64,000 bases of DNA. Source: an uncultured Gemmatimonadales bacterium. Lineage in GTDB: Bacteria > Gemmatimonadota > Gemmatimonadetes > Gemmatimonadales > GWC2-71-9. The stretch covers positions 896,001 to 960,000 of the forward strand of contig CAVYSW010000003.1 of the NCBI GenBank assembly GCA_963771275.1, in the 5' to 3' direction. Under the pieces are notes generated by a model. It was given only the letters and a program-made list of their open reading frames with translations. It was not told the DNA's origin and searched no databases. Made by a program: the position numbers and the translations under genes. This document shows positions 1 to 9,530 of this stretch, one piece after another; position 1 is the first letter of the stretch; each line of letters begins with the position of its first letter.

Positions 1-237
1 GATGCCGGGGCGCGCATCCGATAGCTCACCCGGCGGCTTGCAGTCCACTCGGCTCATAGGCATCGCGACGGCGCGGGGCGCCCGATCGCGGGCGGCCCGC
101 GCCCGCGGGCCGCCGGCCGAGGCCGTCCGACTCAACATCCCCGCCCCGTTGCGCATATAGAGTACCGGCGGTACATCTGGGCCTGCCGGCTCCGCCGGCC
201 ATTCCCTCATTCCGTGAGTCCATCAGCAGGAGGTCGC

Positions 238-3177
238 ATGTCGCGTACGACAGGGTCGGTGCGCCGGCACGTCTGGGCATTGGCGCTTGCCGCGGGCGCG
301 CTCGGGCCCGCGTCCGTGAGCTGGGCGCAGGCTGCCGGCCAGAAGATCGATCAGGAGTACACGCAGAAGATCAAGGAGTACCTGCGGGACCCCCGCATCA
401 CGACCGAGCTGGTGGACCACCTGCCCGCATCCGCCACGGTGCCCACGCCGCTCAAGTTCTTCGGCCACATCGTGGGCACGCCCGGGGAGCTCTCGTACGC
501 GAAGGACATGCAGCGCTACTACGAGGCGCTGGACAAGGCCTCCGACCGCATCGCGGTCTGGACGATCGGCAAGACCGAAGAGGGCCGCGACATGATCGTC
601 CTCGCGGTGGCGGACGAGGCGACGATCCGCGACCTGAGCAAGTACAAGGGGATGCTCGCCGCGCTCACGGACCCCCGGAAGACGACCGAGGAGCAGGCGC
701 GCCGCATCATCGGGACCGCGAAGCCGATCTACTGGATCACCGCCGGCATGCACTCGGGGGAGACCGGCGGGCCCGAGATGCTGATGGAGCTGGCCTACCG
801 TCTGGCGGTCGAGGAGACCCCATTCATCCAGACGATCCGCAACAACGTGATCACGTTCATCACGCCGGTGCTCGAGGTGGACGGGCGCGAGAAGCAGGTC
901 GACACCTACTACTACAACAAGAAGCTCCCGCGCGGGGCCCAGCGTCTGCCCCTGATCTACTGGGGCAAGTACGTGGCGCACGACGACAACCGCGACGGGA
1001 TGGGGCAGTTCCTGGCCCTCACGCGGAACGTCACGAAGCTCTTCCTCGAGTGGAAGCCCACCATTCTCCACGACCTGCACGAGGCGCAGACCTACCTGTA
1101 CGCCTCGACGGGGACCGGCCCGTACAACGAGTCGCTCGACCCCATCACCATCGACGAGTGGTGGATGCTGGCCAACACCGAGGTGATGGAGATGGCCAAG
1201 CGCGGCGTGCCGGGCGTCTGGACCTACGGGTTCTACGACGGCTGGGTGCCGAATTACATGTTCTTCATCGCGCACTCGCACAACGCGGTCGGCCGGTTCT
1301 ACGAGGTGGCGAGCTACGGGCCCGATACCACCACGGTGCGCGCCGGCGCCGCTGTGGCGAGCCGCGAGTGGTTCCGGCCCAACCCGCCGCTGCCGTCGAT
1401 CGCCTGGGGCCCGCGGAACAATACCAACATCCAGGAATCCGCCATCCTGATCGCGTTGAACCACGTGGGGCGCAACAAGGACATCTACCTCGAGAACTAC
1501 TGGCTCAAGAACAAGCGGTCGGTCGAGAAGGGACGGGACGGGCCCACCTACGGGTGGGTGATTCCCGCCGGACAGCGCCGCAAGGCCGACGCGGCCGACG
1601 CGGTGAACGAGCTGCGCCGGCAGGGGCTCGAGGTCCAGCGTGCGGCGTCCGATTTCCAGGCAGGCGGAGTGGCGGTCAAGGCCGGGGACTATGTGATCCG
1701 CGCCGACCAGCCCTACCGCACCCTGGCCGACATGTACTTCGCGCTACAGAACTATCCGCCGGCCAACCCCCGCCCGTACGACGACACCGGCTGGACGTTC
1801 CAGTTGATGCGCAACATCCAGGTGACGGCGGTGACCGACAAGGGCATTTTCGATCAGCAGGGGACGCCGCTCACCACCGACGCCCGCGCGGCCGGCGGGA
1901 TCGAGGGTGTCGGTCCGGTGCTGGTGGTCGAGCACACCACCGACAACAACCTGATGCTGTTCCGCTACCGGCACAAAGACGTGCGCATGCTCGCGGCGGA
2001 AGACGATTTCGATGCGGCCGGCCATCACTTCCGGGCGGGCGCCTTCATCATCCCCGACGCGCCGCGCGCGACGCTGGAGCCGAGCATCACGACCCTCGGC
2101 CTCTCCGCGTGGGCGATGGGCACCGCGCCGGGAGTCGCGACCCACGAGCTCGATCTGCCGCGGATCGGGTACGTGCACTCGTGGCAGCGCACCCAGGACG
2201 AGGGATGGGTGCGGGCGGCGCTGGACTCCTACGGCATCCCCTACACCTACTTCGGTGACGTGAAGCTGCGCGAGGGCAACCTGCGCGCGAAGTACGACGT
2301 GATCGTCTTCCCGAGCGTGGGCGGAACCGCGACGTCGCAGGTGAACGGCATCGCCAAGACCGGCGACACCCCACTGCCGTACCGGAAGACCGACGCAACG
2401 CCCAACCTCGGCATCGAGGACCAGAGCGACGACATCCGGGGCGGTATGGGCTTCGAGGGACTGGGCGAGCTGGCCCAGTTCGTCGAGGACGGCGGCACGC
2501 TGATCGTCGAAGGGGCGACCTCGCTCATCTTCCCCGAGTATGGCCTGACGCCGGGCGTGACCGTGGAAGAGCCGGATAGCCTGTACGCCCGCGGGGCGAT
2601 TCTCCGCGGGATCGTCGCGGATTCCAGGAGCCCTCTGGCCTACGGCTACGACACGCAGGTTCCCGTCTACTTCAACCAGGGCCCCGTGCTCAACGCCGGC
2701 GGCGGGGGCGGGGGCTTCTTCGGCGGGCGGGGCGGTGGCCCGGCCGGCGTGGGACAGAATGTGACGCCGATGGCCCAACGGCTTCGGCTCTCGCCGTGGG
2801 AGCAACAGCAGGGCCAGGGGCAGCGCGGCCGGACCGGAGGGGCCGACACAGCAACGGCTGGCGGTCCCGGCGGGCGGTTCGGCGGACAAGCTGCGGGCCC
2901 CAGACCTCGAGTGGTGCTCCGGTTCCCGGCGAGCGCCGATCAGATGCTCCTCTCGGGCATGCTGGTCGGGGGCGAGGCTCTGGCCAATCGCGCCCAGGTC
3001 CTGGACGCGCCGCTGGGGAAGGGCCACGTCGTGATGTTCGCGATTCGTCCGTTCTGGCGCTGGCAGACCCAGGGAACGTTCTTCCTGGGCTTCAACGCCA
3101 TCCTCAACTGGAACGACCTCGACGCGGGGCGGCCCGCGCCGGGTCGTGGGCCGGTGAGCGACGGGTCGGATCAGTAG
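238..3177 (+). CDS. M14 family zinc carboxypeptidase, secreted
   Basis: AGGAGG RBS before ATG 238; signal peptide; HSGE zinc motif, NRD and DLHE motifs typical of M14. Confidence 0.85.
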   Translation: MSRTTGSVRRHVWALALAAGALGPASVSWAQAAGQKIDQEYTQKIKEYLRDPRITTELVDHLPASATVPTPLKFFGHIVGTPGELSYAKDMQRYYEALDKASDRIAVWTIGKTEEGRDMIVLAVADEATIRDLSKYKGMLAALTDPRKTTEEQARRIIGTAKPIYWITAGMHSGETGGPEMLMELAYRLAVEETPFIQTIRNNVITFITPVLEVDGREKQVDTYYYNKKLPRGAQRLPLIYWGKYVAHDDNRDGMGQFLALTRNVTKLFLEWKPTILHDLHEAQTYLYASTGTGPYNESLDPITIDEWWMLANTEVMEMAKRGVPGVWTYGFYDGWVPNYMFFIAHSHNAVGRFYEVASYGPDTTTVRAGAAVASREWFRPNPPLPSIAWGPRNNTNIQESAILIALNHVGRNKDIYLENYWLKNKRSVEKGRDGPTYGWVIPAGQRRKADAADAVNELRRQGLEVQRAASDFQAGGVAVKAGDYVIRADQPYRTLADMYFALQNYPPANPRPYDDTGWTFQLMRNIQVTAVTDKGIFDQQGTPLTTDARAAGGIEGVGPVLVVEHTTDNNLMLFRYRHKDVRMLAAEDDFDAAGHHFRAGAFIIPDAPRATLEPSITTLGLSAWAMGTAPGVATHELDLPRIGYVHSWQRTQDEGWVRAALDSYGIPYTYFGDVKLREGNLRAKYDVIVFPSVGGTATSQVNGIAKTGDTPLPYRKTDATPNLGIEDQSDDIRGGMGFEGLGELAQFVEDGGTLIVEGATSLIFPEYGLTPGVTVEEPDSLYARGAILRGIVADSRSPLAYGYDTQVPVYFNQGPVLNAGGGGGGFFGGRGGGPAGVGQNVTPMAQRLRLSPWEQQQGQGQRGRTGGADTATAGGPGGRFGGQAAGPRPRVVLRFPASADQMLLSGMLVGGEALANRAQVLDAPLGKGHVVMFAIRPFWRWQTQGTFFLGFNAILNWNDLDAGRPAPGRGPVSDGSDQ

Positions 3178-3246
3178 CATCGCGTTAGGGTGGAAGACGT
3201 GGCGGCCCGCGCTGCGAGGCGCGGGCCGCCGCATTTTGGGGCACCA

Positions 3247-5157
3247 TCAGGACGGCGTGGTCGCCGTCTCCTTCGGGAAGGCCAGTCCGCGCTCCACTTC
3301 CTCACGTGCGGCGAGCAGCCGCTCCACGTCGGCGGACACTTCGGCGGCCAGGCCGAGGTGGGTGGTGAATCCCTCGACCGTGCCGGAGCCCGCGTGCAGC
3401 CGCAAGAGGTTCAGCCGGATGGTCTCCAGCGCGGCCACCGCGTCCCCGAGTCGGGCGTGGACGGCGTCCCGTGTGGCCCGGACCTCGGCGTAGGCGTCGG
3501 AGGCCCCCGCGTCGCCGGCTCCCGCGATCGCTTCCTGGAGCTCGTCGTACCGCTGGCGCAGACCGTGCGCGTCCTCCTGGAGACGGCGGAGCACACCGGG
3601 GACGTCCCCGAGCGCCCGTCGCGTCCCCTTGGGCAGGCTCTCGAAGAGCTGCTCGGCCGCCAGCCCGAGCGACAGCTCCGTGGCGCGATGCGTCATCGCC
3701 GGACCAGCCGGGCGCCGGCCCACGAGCTTCCGCGCCAGCCCGAACATCAGCTTGCCGATCCGGCCCAGCCAGACCTTGGCCCAGAACTCGGTATCGATGT
3801 CCGTCCGGCGCTGCACCAGTGCGAGGTAGCCGACCGTGCTGACGGCGGACAACGGGCCTGAGAACCCGAAGACGTTCAGCACCGCGACTTCGAGGACCCT
3901 CGACCAGGGGTGCACCAACATGGCCATCATGGTGGCGGCGCTGAGCCCGAAGGCGCTTCCCGAAGCCACTGCGGTGACCTTCAGGACTCGCTCGAGCATG
4001 GAGACCCCCGGCGCGCGCTCGATCGCGTACTCCTCCCGTGCCCGCTCGATCTCCCCGCGAAACGCGGGTTCGAGATCTCCGTGGGCGAACCCCATGCGCA
4101 ACAACCGCCGCGCCGCATTCACGAGGTACGCGAACGGCGCCACGGTCATTCCCAAACCCAGAGTCAGGAACCCCGTGGTCGGGCCGGAAAACGTCGAGAT
4201 CCACGTCGCACCAACGAGTAGGACGGAGGTGTAGACAATGGTGCCCCCGCCGGCCACCCGGCCATGGCGCTTCACGAACGCCCGCAGTGCGGCCGGCGGC
4301 TCGCGGCGCTGCTCGAGCGTGACGCCGAGCTGGTCCGCGAGCGCTTCGGCGGTGGCCGGACGCTGGCGCGGCTCCTTCGCCAGGCACCGATCGACCAGCG
4401 TCGCCACCTTCCGCGGCACCGCCAGGCCGAGCGCCGCAAGTGACGGCGGTGCTGCGGTCACGTGCTTCGCGAGCACGGCGGTCGGGCTGTCGCCTTCGAA
4501 GGGCACCCGCCCCGAGAAGGCGAAGAACGCCGTGGCTCCCAATCCGTAGAGATCGCTTCGCGCGTCCACGTCCTGCCCCAGGGCTTGTTCCGGGCTCATG
4601 AACTCGGGCGTGCCGGTCACCCCGTCGCCCCGCGCGTCGCCCGCGGCGGCCGCGATCCCGAAGTCCGCCACGAGCGCGCGACCGGTCGCGGATTCGATGA
4701 GGATGTTGTCCGGCTTCACATCGCGGTGCACCAGCCCCTGGGCGTGCGCGTGCGCGAGTGCCCAAGCGACCTCGCGCAGGACCCGCGTGCCCTCCGACGG
4801 GGAGAGCGGGCCGCGTGTCCGTACCCGATGCGCTAGAGTCTCGCCGTCCACGTACGCCATGACGTAGAAGACGAACCCGCCTACTTCGTCCACGGCGTGA
4901 ATCGGGATGATGTTGGGATGCGAGAGCTTGGCGGCGAGTCGAGCCTCACGCAGAAAGCGCCCGCGCAGCGACGGGTCGCGCGCCCGGCCCGGTGGGAGCA
5001 ACTTGATCGCCACCAACCGATCCAGGTGGACCTCTCGGGCCAGGTACACGATCCCCATGCCGCCGCGGCCCAGCTCGTGATCGATCGAGTATCGGCCGGC
5101 CAGCGCGAGCTGGAACGAGAGGAACAGTGGATCCGCGGACGGGTCTGGGGCGTCCAT
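3247..5157 (-). CDS. Ser/Thr protein kinase with C-terminal TM helices and coiled region
   Basis: LGRGGMGIVY, VAIK, HRDVKPDN, DFG, GTPEFMSPE motifs; start taken at ATG 5157. Confidence 0.9.
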   Translation of the reverse strand: MDAPDPSADPLFLSFQLALAGRYSIDHELGRGGMGIVYLAREVHLDRLVAIKLLPPGRARDPSLRGRFLREARLAAKLSHPNIIPIHAVDEVGGFVFYVMAYVDGETLAHRVRTRGPLSPSEGTRVLREVAWALAHAHAQGLVHRDVKPDNILIESATGRALVADFGIAAAAGDARGDGVTGTPEFMSPEQALGQDVDARSDLYGLGATAFFAFSGRVPFEGDSPTAVLAKHVTAAPPSLAALGLAVPRKVATLVDRCLAKEPRQRPATAEALADQLGVTLEQRREPPAALRAFVKRHGRVAGGGTIVYTSVLLVGATWISTFSGPTTGFLTLGLGMTVAPFAYLVNAARRLLRMGFAHGDLEPAFRGEIERAREEYAIERAPGVSMLERVLKVTAVASGSAFGLSAATMMAMLVHPWSRVLEVAVLNVFGFSGPLSAVSTVGYLALVQRRTDIDTEFWAKVWLGRIGKLMFGLARKLVGRRPAGPAMTHRATELSLGLAAEQLFESLPKGTRRALGDVPGVLRRLQEDAHGLRQRYDELQEAIAGAGDAGASDAYAEVRATRDAVHARLGDAVAALETIRLNLLRLHAGSGTVEGFTTHLGLAAEVSADVERLLAAREEVERGLAFPKETATTPS

Positions 5158-5223
5158 CGCTACCAACTTAGGCACTTCGAGTCCGGCGAGGGAGGGACGG
5201 GCGGCGGGGCCCCCGAGACGCCG

Positions 5224-5261
5224 AACGGCGCCGTCGAGACCGAATGCTCGGCGGCGCCGTT
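5224..5261. terminator. GC-rich hairpin, likely intrinsic terminator
   Basis: AACGGCGCCGTCGAG / CTCGGCGGCGCCGTT inverted repeat; T-rich tail on the + strand. Confidence 0.55.
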
Positions 5262-5447
5262 TCCTTTGGCCTGCGTCAGTCCAGTGCGATCGTCGTTCGG
5301 ACGCCGATCGGTCGGCGCAGGTGCTGCGATTCGGTCCCGGAGATCAGCCCCGCGGACGGCGATCGCTTGCCCTTACCGGACTGCCGCCGGTAGTACCATC
5401 AGACAATGGATCACCTCCTTCGTTGAGTGGAGAGTGCGGGCGTGAAC
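5224..5447 (-). ncRNA. Candidate structured small RNA or leader with strong SD and possible 20-aa ORF
   Basis: Putative promoter TTGCGC-17-AATACT (5482-5454, minus strand), AAGGAGGTGATCC at 5420-5408, several hairpins, terminal hairpin 5224-5261. Confidence 0.45.
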
Positions 5448-5535
5448 GAATCTAGTATTAACAATCCCGTTTTCGCGCGCAAGAGCAGTGACACCACCAC
5501 CCGTCTCACCGGGCTGACCGCGCGGAGTGGCCGCT

Positions 5536-6228
5536 TCAGCGACCTCCTCCGCCCGCCGTCGAGTCCGGCACCAGATGGAAGTCGTACTCGAGCCGGATGC
5601 TGTCGGCGACGGTCAGCACGACGGCCACCCGCGGCTTCGTCATCCCAAAATCGGGAAAGGCGAACGTCGTGGACGCGGTACCCGAGAAGCCGCCGTGCTC
5701 GGCGACCGCGTTCACCTGCCACGTGGTGGAGCGCGTCACGCCGTGGACCGTGAGGTCACCGATCAGCTCGAAGGCCAGCGGCCCCGACGCGGGCAGCGGG
5801 TGAGGCAGCCCCTTGAGTGCGGTGGGCACCAGCACCGTCGTGGGGAAACTGTCGGTCTGCAGCGTGCGGCGCTGGATGAAGCGATCGCGCCGCTCCTTGT
5901 CGCTCGTGAGCGTCGTGATGTCGACCACGAACTTCGACTCCGCCGGCACGACGTTGCCCTGCCTGTCGAGCGCGATCCCGCCCGTGATGTCCTTCGTCAC
6001 GCCCACCGCGTCGTTGGGGAAGTCCACACCCGCCAGCTGCTCGCGCACGCGATAGCGCGCCGCGTTCCCGTCCGCCGCGAGCACGAGCCGGAGCCCTCGC
6101 TCGCCTTGTTCCCAGTCCCGCGGGGCGGTCCCGACCGCTGCCGGCCGGCTACCAGGCGCAGCCCCGCCCACCACCACCGCAAGACCGACCAGACCCAACA
6201 ACCCCCCTGACCCGAGAACCTTCATCAT
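5536..6228 (-). CDS. YceI-like lipid/polyisoprenoid-binding protein
   Basis: Signal peptide; ARYRVREQL, SDKERRD, GDLTVHGVTR, FPDFGM motifs. Confidence 0.85.
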   Translation of the reverse strand: MMKVLGSGGLLGLVGLAVVVGGAAPGSRPAAVGTAPRDWEQGERGLRLVLAADGNAARYRVREQLAGVDFPNDAVGVTKDITGGIALDRQGNVVPAESKFVVDITTLTSDKERRDRFIQRRTLQTDSFPTTVLVPTALKGLPHPLPASGPLAFELIGDLTVHGVTRSTTWQVNAVAEHGGFSGTASTTFAFPDFGMTKPRVAVVLTVADSIRLEYDFHLVPDSTAGGGGR

Positions 6229-6415
6229 CCCCCCTGACCTTGATGGTATGTCCGAAGCGGGCCCCCGGCGACCACAGCCAGCCGGCGCTGGGTACCAAAC
6301 CCGTCCTGATACCCGCCCGACGCCCGGAGGAGCCATGGCCGGACCCGGTTGGCGGTTCGCCGGAAGCAGGTTAGATACCAGCGAGCCGCCCCACGCAATG
6401 CGATGAAAGGCGACC

Positions 6416-6949
6416 GTGGATCGCGCCATCCTCCTCTGGATTCACCAGCACGGCACGCCCACGCTCGACGCGCTGTTCTCCTTTTCCAGCCAGCTCGGCA
6501 CGATCCCGTTCTGCGCGGCGCTCGTGCTGGCGGCGGCCGTGTGGCACTCGGCCCGCGGGGAGCGGCGCGAGCGAGCCGCCTGGGTGGTCGCGGGATGCAC
6601 CACCCTGCTGCTCACCGAGACCATCAAGCTCGCCGTCGGACGCCCGCGACCGGGCCTGTGGCCCTGGCTGGTGCCGGTCTCCGGATTCGCCTTCCCCAGC
6701 GGCCACGCGGTGGCGAGCGCGACGTTCTTTCCACTGCTCGCTTGGCTGATCCTGCGGTCCCGGCCGCGCTGGAGGAAGATCGCGTACGCCATCGGCCTCG
6801 TCCCCGCGGCGTACGTCGGCATCGGGCGGCTCTACCTCGGCGTCCACTGGCCCACGGACGTGCTCGGCGGTTGGGCGCTCGGCGTGGCTCAAAGCGCGGC
6901 GGCGATCCGGTGGATCGGCCTTCGACCGACCCGCCATGACACCGTATAG
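6416..6949 (+). CDS. PAP2 family phosphatase
   Basis: KxxxxRPRP, FPSGH, RLYLGVHWPTD motifs; hydrophobic helices. Confidence 0.9.
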   Translation: MDRAILLWIHQHGTPTLDALFSFSSQLGTIPFCAALVLAAAVWHSARGERRERAAWVVAGCTTLLLTETIKLAVGRPRPGLWPWLVPVSGFAFPSGHAVASATFFPLLAWLILRSRPRWRKIAYAIGLVPAAYVGIGRLYLGVHWPTDVLGGWALGVAQSAAAIRWIGLRPTRHDTV

Positions 6950-7160
6950 GAGGCGGCTCAAGCCGCTACTCGGCGCGCTCTGTCGCACGAGGGCGACTCG
7001 CGCGTACCGCCTCTCATCGGGCAGATCGTGCCGAGTGAGCGCTTCAGCGGCTTCCTATTGGGGACGACGCCGGGCGACCCCACTCGGCGCGCCAGTCCGG
7101 CGTGACCTCACGCTTGCCAGCGCCGCGCGCGGGGAATCATCGTTCAGGAGAGGAGAATCC

Positions 7161-7622
7161 ATGCCCATAGCACGAATCCTCACGGCGGCCGTCGCCACGG
7201 CGCTGCTGCTCGCGGCCTGCTCCGACGCATCGGTCCCGGCGCCGCCAGCCGGTTACGGGTTCGCATACGCGACGCCCGATTGCGGGCCGGCGGACGGGCC
7301 CGCCGTCCGGCTCTTTCTCCTCCCCCAGGAGGTCGAGCTGTGGCCCCCGTCGGGCGCGCGCGTCGAGGTCGCGGTGTGGCGTCCGGCCACCGGGCTGCCC
7401 GGAGCCGAGATCTCGTGGTCGGGCGCAACGAGCCTGGGCTGGGCCGGCCGCTGTGACGACCTGGGTCAATGCGAGGCCGCGACCGACGCGCGCGTGACAT
7501 TCCGCGGCTTCGCCGCCGACAGCACACTCACCGGCAGCCTCGACCTCGGGTTCGCGGACGGTGCGCGCGTCGCGGGTGGCTTCAACGCGGTTTGGCACTC
7601 GCTCACGCCGATCTGCGGGTAG
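7161..7622 (+). CDS. Hypothetical lipoprotein
   Basis: AGGAGA RBS, ATG 7161, lipobox LLAAC; four further Cys. Confidence 0.65.
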   Translation: MPIARILTAAVATALLLAACSDASVPAPPAGYGFAYATPDCGPADGPAVRLFLLPQEVELWPPSGARVEVAVWRPATGLPGAEISWSGATSLGWAGRCDDLGQCEAATDARVTFRGFAADSTLTGSLDLGFADGARVAGGFNAVWHSLTPICG

Positions 7623-7683
7623 CGGGACCCCGGCTCCCAGGACGATCACCCCTGCCGCCTCAATCGACCGGAGACAGCGCCTG

Positions 7684-9069
7684 ATGCCCACCCGATTCGG
7701 CCGCGCCTCACGCCTCGCCGCCGCGACCCCGCTCCTGCTGCTCGCCGCATGCTCCGCGCGCCCATCCCCCGCCACGGAGGCCGCGGCGGTGCGCCAGGCG
7801 TTCCGCCACGCGTGGACCGGGTACGAGCGGTACGCCTGGGGACACGACCAGCTGCTGCCGCTGAGCCGGGGCGCGCGTGACTGGTACCCGGCGTCGCTCG
7901 TCATGACGCCGCTCGATGCGTTCGACACGATGCTGCTGATGGGGCTCGACAGCGAGGCGACGCGCGCCAAGGCGCTGATTCTCGACAGCCTCTCGTTCCA
8001 TCGCGATTTCCCCGTCCAGGTGTTCGAGGTGACCATCCGGCTGCTGGGCGGCCTCAACACCGCGTACCAGATGGACGGCGACACGCGGTTCCTCGCGCTC
8101 GCGACCGACCTCGGCAACCGGCTGCTGCCGGCATTCGGCTCGAAGACCGGCATGCCGTACCGGTTCGTCAACCTGCGGACCGGCGCGGTGAGCGGCCCCC
8201 TGAGCAACCCGGCCGAGATCGGGACCCTGATGCTCGAGTTCGGCACGCTCTCCAGGCTCACCGACGACGCCCGCTACTACGACGCGGCCAAGCGCGCCGT
8301 GGCCACCCTGTTCGCACACCGCTCCGCGATCGGGCTCGTGGGCAGCACGATCGACGTCGAGACCGGCGCCTGGCAGGACCACGAGAGCCACGTCAGCGGG
8401 GGAATCGATTCGTATTACGAGTACCTGCTCAAAGCGTGGCTGCTGTTCGGCGATCCCGATTTCAAGCGCATGTGGGAGGAGAGCATCGCCGCCGTCAACC
8501 GCCACCTCCCGGACGAGCGTCCCAGCGGCTATTGGTACGGCCACGTGGACATGGACACGGGGACGCGCACCGCCACGCAGTTTGGCGCGCTCGATGCGTT
8601 TCTCCCGGCCGTGCTGGCGCTCGGCGGCGATGCGGCGCGGGCCGGCCGCTTGATGGAGTCGGTGTACCGCATGTGGACGACGTTCGGCATCGAGCCCGAG
8701 CTGCTGGACTACGTCACGATGCAGCCGGTGGCCGCGGGCTACGAGCTTCGGCCCGAGGCGATCGAGTCGGCCTACTACCTCTTCCGGCTCACCGGCGACG
8801 AGCGCTACCGCGACATGGGGCGCGTGATGGTCGACAGCCTGCTGCACTACACGCGTACCGAACCGGGGTTCGCCGCCCTGGAGAGCGTGGTGACCAGGCG
8901 GCAGGCCGATCGGATGGAGAGCTTCTTCCTGGCGGAAACGCTCAAGTACGCCTACCTGCTGTTCGCGCCGGCCGAGACGCTCGATTTCAACGCGGTGATC
9001 TTCAACACCGAGGCGCACCCAATCCGGCGGGCCGGCATGGCCGCGCCGGCGGGGGAGGGGAGTCGATGA
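7684..9069 (+). CDS. Glycoside hydrolase family 47 (alpha-1,2-mannosidase), lipoprotein
   Basis: YAWGHD, FEVTIRLLGGL, DSYYEYLLK, LRPEAIES, ESFFLAETLKY, FNTEAHP motifs; lipobox LLAAC. Confidence 0.92.
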   Translation: MPTRFGRASRLAAATPLLLLAACSARPSPATEAAAVRQAFRHAWTGYERYAWGHDQLLPLSRGARDWYPASLVMTPLDAFDTMLLMGLDSEATRAKALILDSLSFHRDFPVQVFEVTIRLLGGLNTAYQMDGDTRFLALATDLGNRLLPAFGSKTGMPYRFVNLRTGAVSGPLSNPAEIGTLMLEFGTLSRLTDDARYYDAAKRAVATLFAHRSAIGLVGSTIDVETGAWQDHESHVSGGIDSYYEYLLKAWLLFGDPDFKRMWEESIAAVNRHLPDERPSGYWYGHVDMDTGTRTATQFGALDAFLPAVLALGGDAARAGRLMESVYRMWTTFGIEPELLDYVTMQPVAAGYELRPEAIESAYYLFRLTGDERYRDMGRVMVDSLLHYTRTEPGFAALESVVTRRQADRMESFFLAETLKYAYLLFAPAETLDFNAVIFNTEAHPIRRAGMAAPAGEGSR

Positions 9070-9530
9070 AGGCGTTCCAGGATTTCTACCCGGCGGACCT
9101 CAGTCACTGTTATGGCTGCGGCAGCGCGAACGCGCACGGCCATCAGCTGAAGAGCTACTGGGACGGCGAGGAGTCGGTCGCCGTGTTCCATCCACAGCCG
9201 TACCACACGGCCATCCCGGGCTACGTCTATGGCGGCCTGATCGCCTCGATCATCGACTGCCACGGCACCGGGACCGCCGCCGCCGCCGCGTATCGCGCCG
9301 AGGGGCGCGAGATGGGCACCGAGCCGCCATTCCGGTTCGTCACGGCGTCGCTGCACGTGGACTACCTGCGCCCCACCCCGTTGGGTCCGCCGCTCTTCAT
9401 GCGCGGTCGGGTGAAGGAGATCAAGGGTCGCAAGGTGGTGGTCGAGGCTACCGTCTCGGCCGAAGGCCAGATCTGCGCGCGCGGCGAGGTCGTCGCGGTG
9501 CAGATGCCGGCCAACATGATGCCGAAGTGA
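9066..9530 (+). CDS. PaaI/hotdog-fold thioesterase
   Basis: CYGCG, YGGLIASIID, TASLHVDYLRPTP; ATGA overlap with GH47 gene. Confidence 0.85.
   Translation: MKAFQDFYPADLSHCYGCGSANAHGHQLKSYWDGEESVAVFHPQPYHTAIPGYVYGGLIASIIDCHGTGTAAAAAYRAEGREMGTEPPFRFVTASLHVDYLRPTPLGPPLFMRGRVKEIKGRKVVVEATVSAEGQICARGEVVAVQMPANMMPK

Noticed and set aside
162..174. Palindrome GTACCG-G-CGGTAC upstream of the M14 gene
   Set aside because: Short, single copy, no regulator nearby; may be chance
2695..2900. Gly-rich GGC repeats in the M14 peptidase
   Set aside because: Low-complexity coding linker, not a DNA repeat element
5408..5420. GGATCACCTCCTT as a 16S rRNA gene end
   Set aside because: Flanking sequence has no other 16S similarity (no helix 44/45 sequence); better read as a minus-strand SD within a small element
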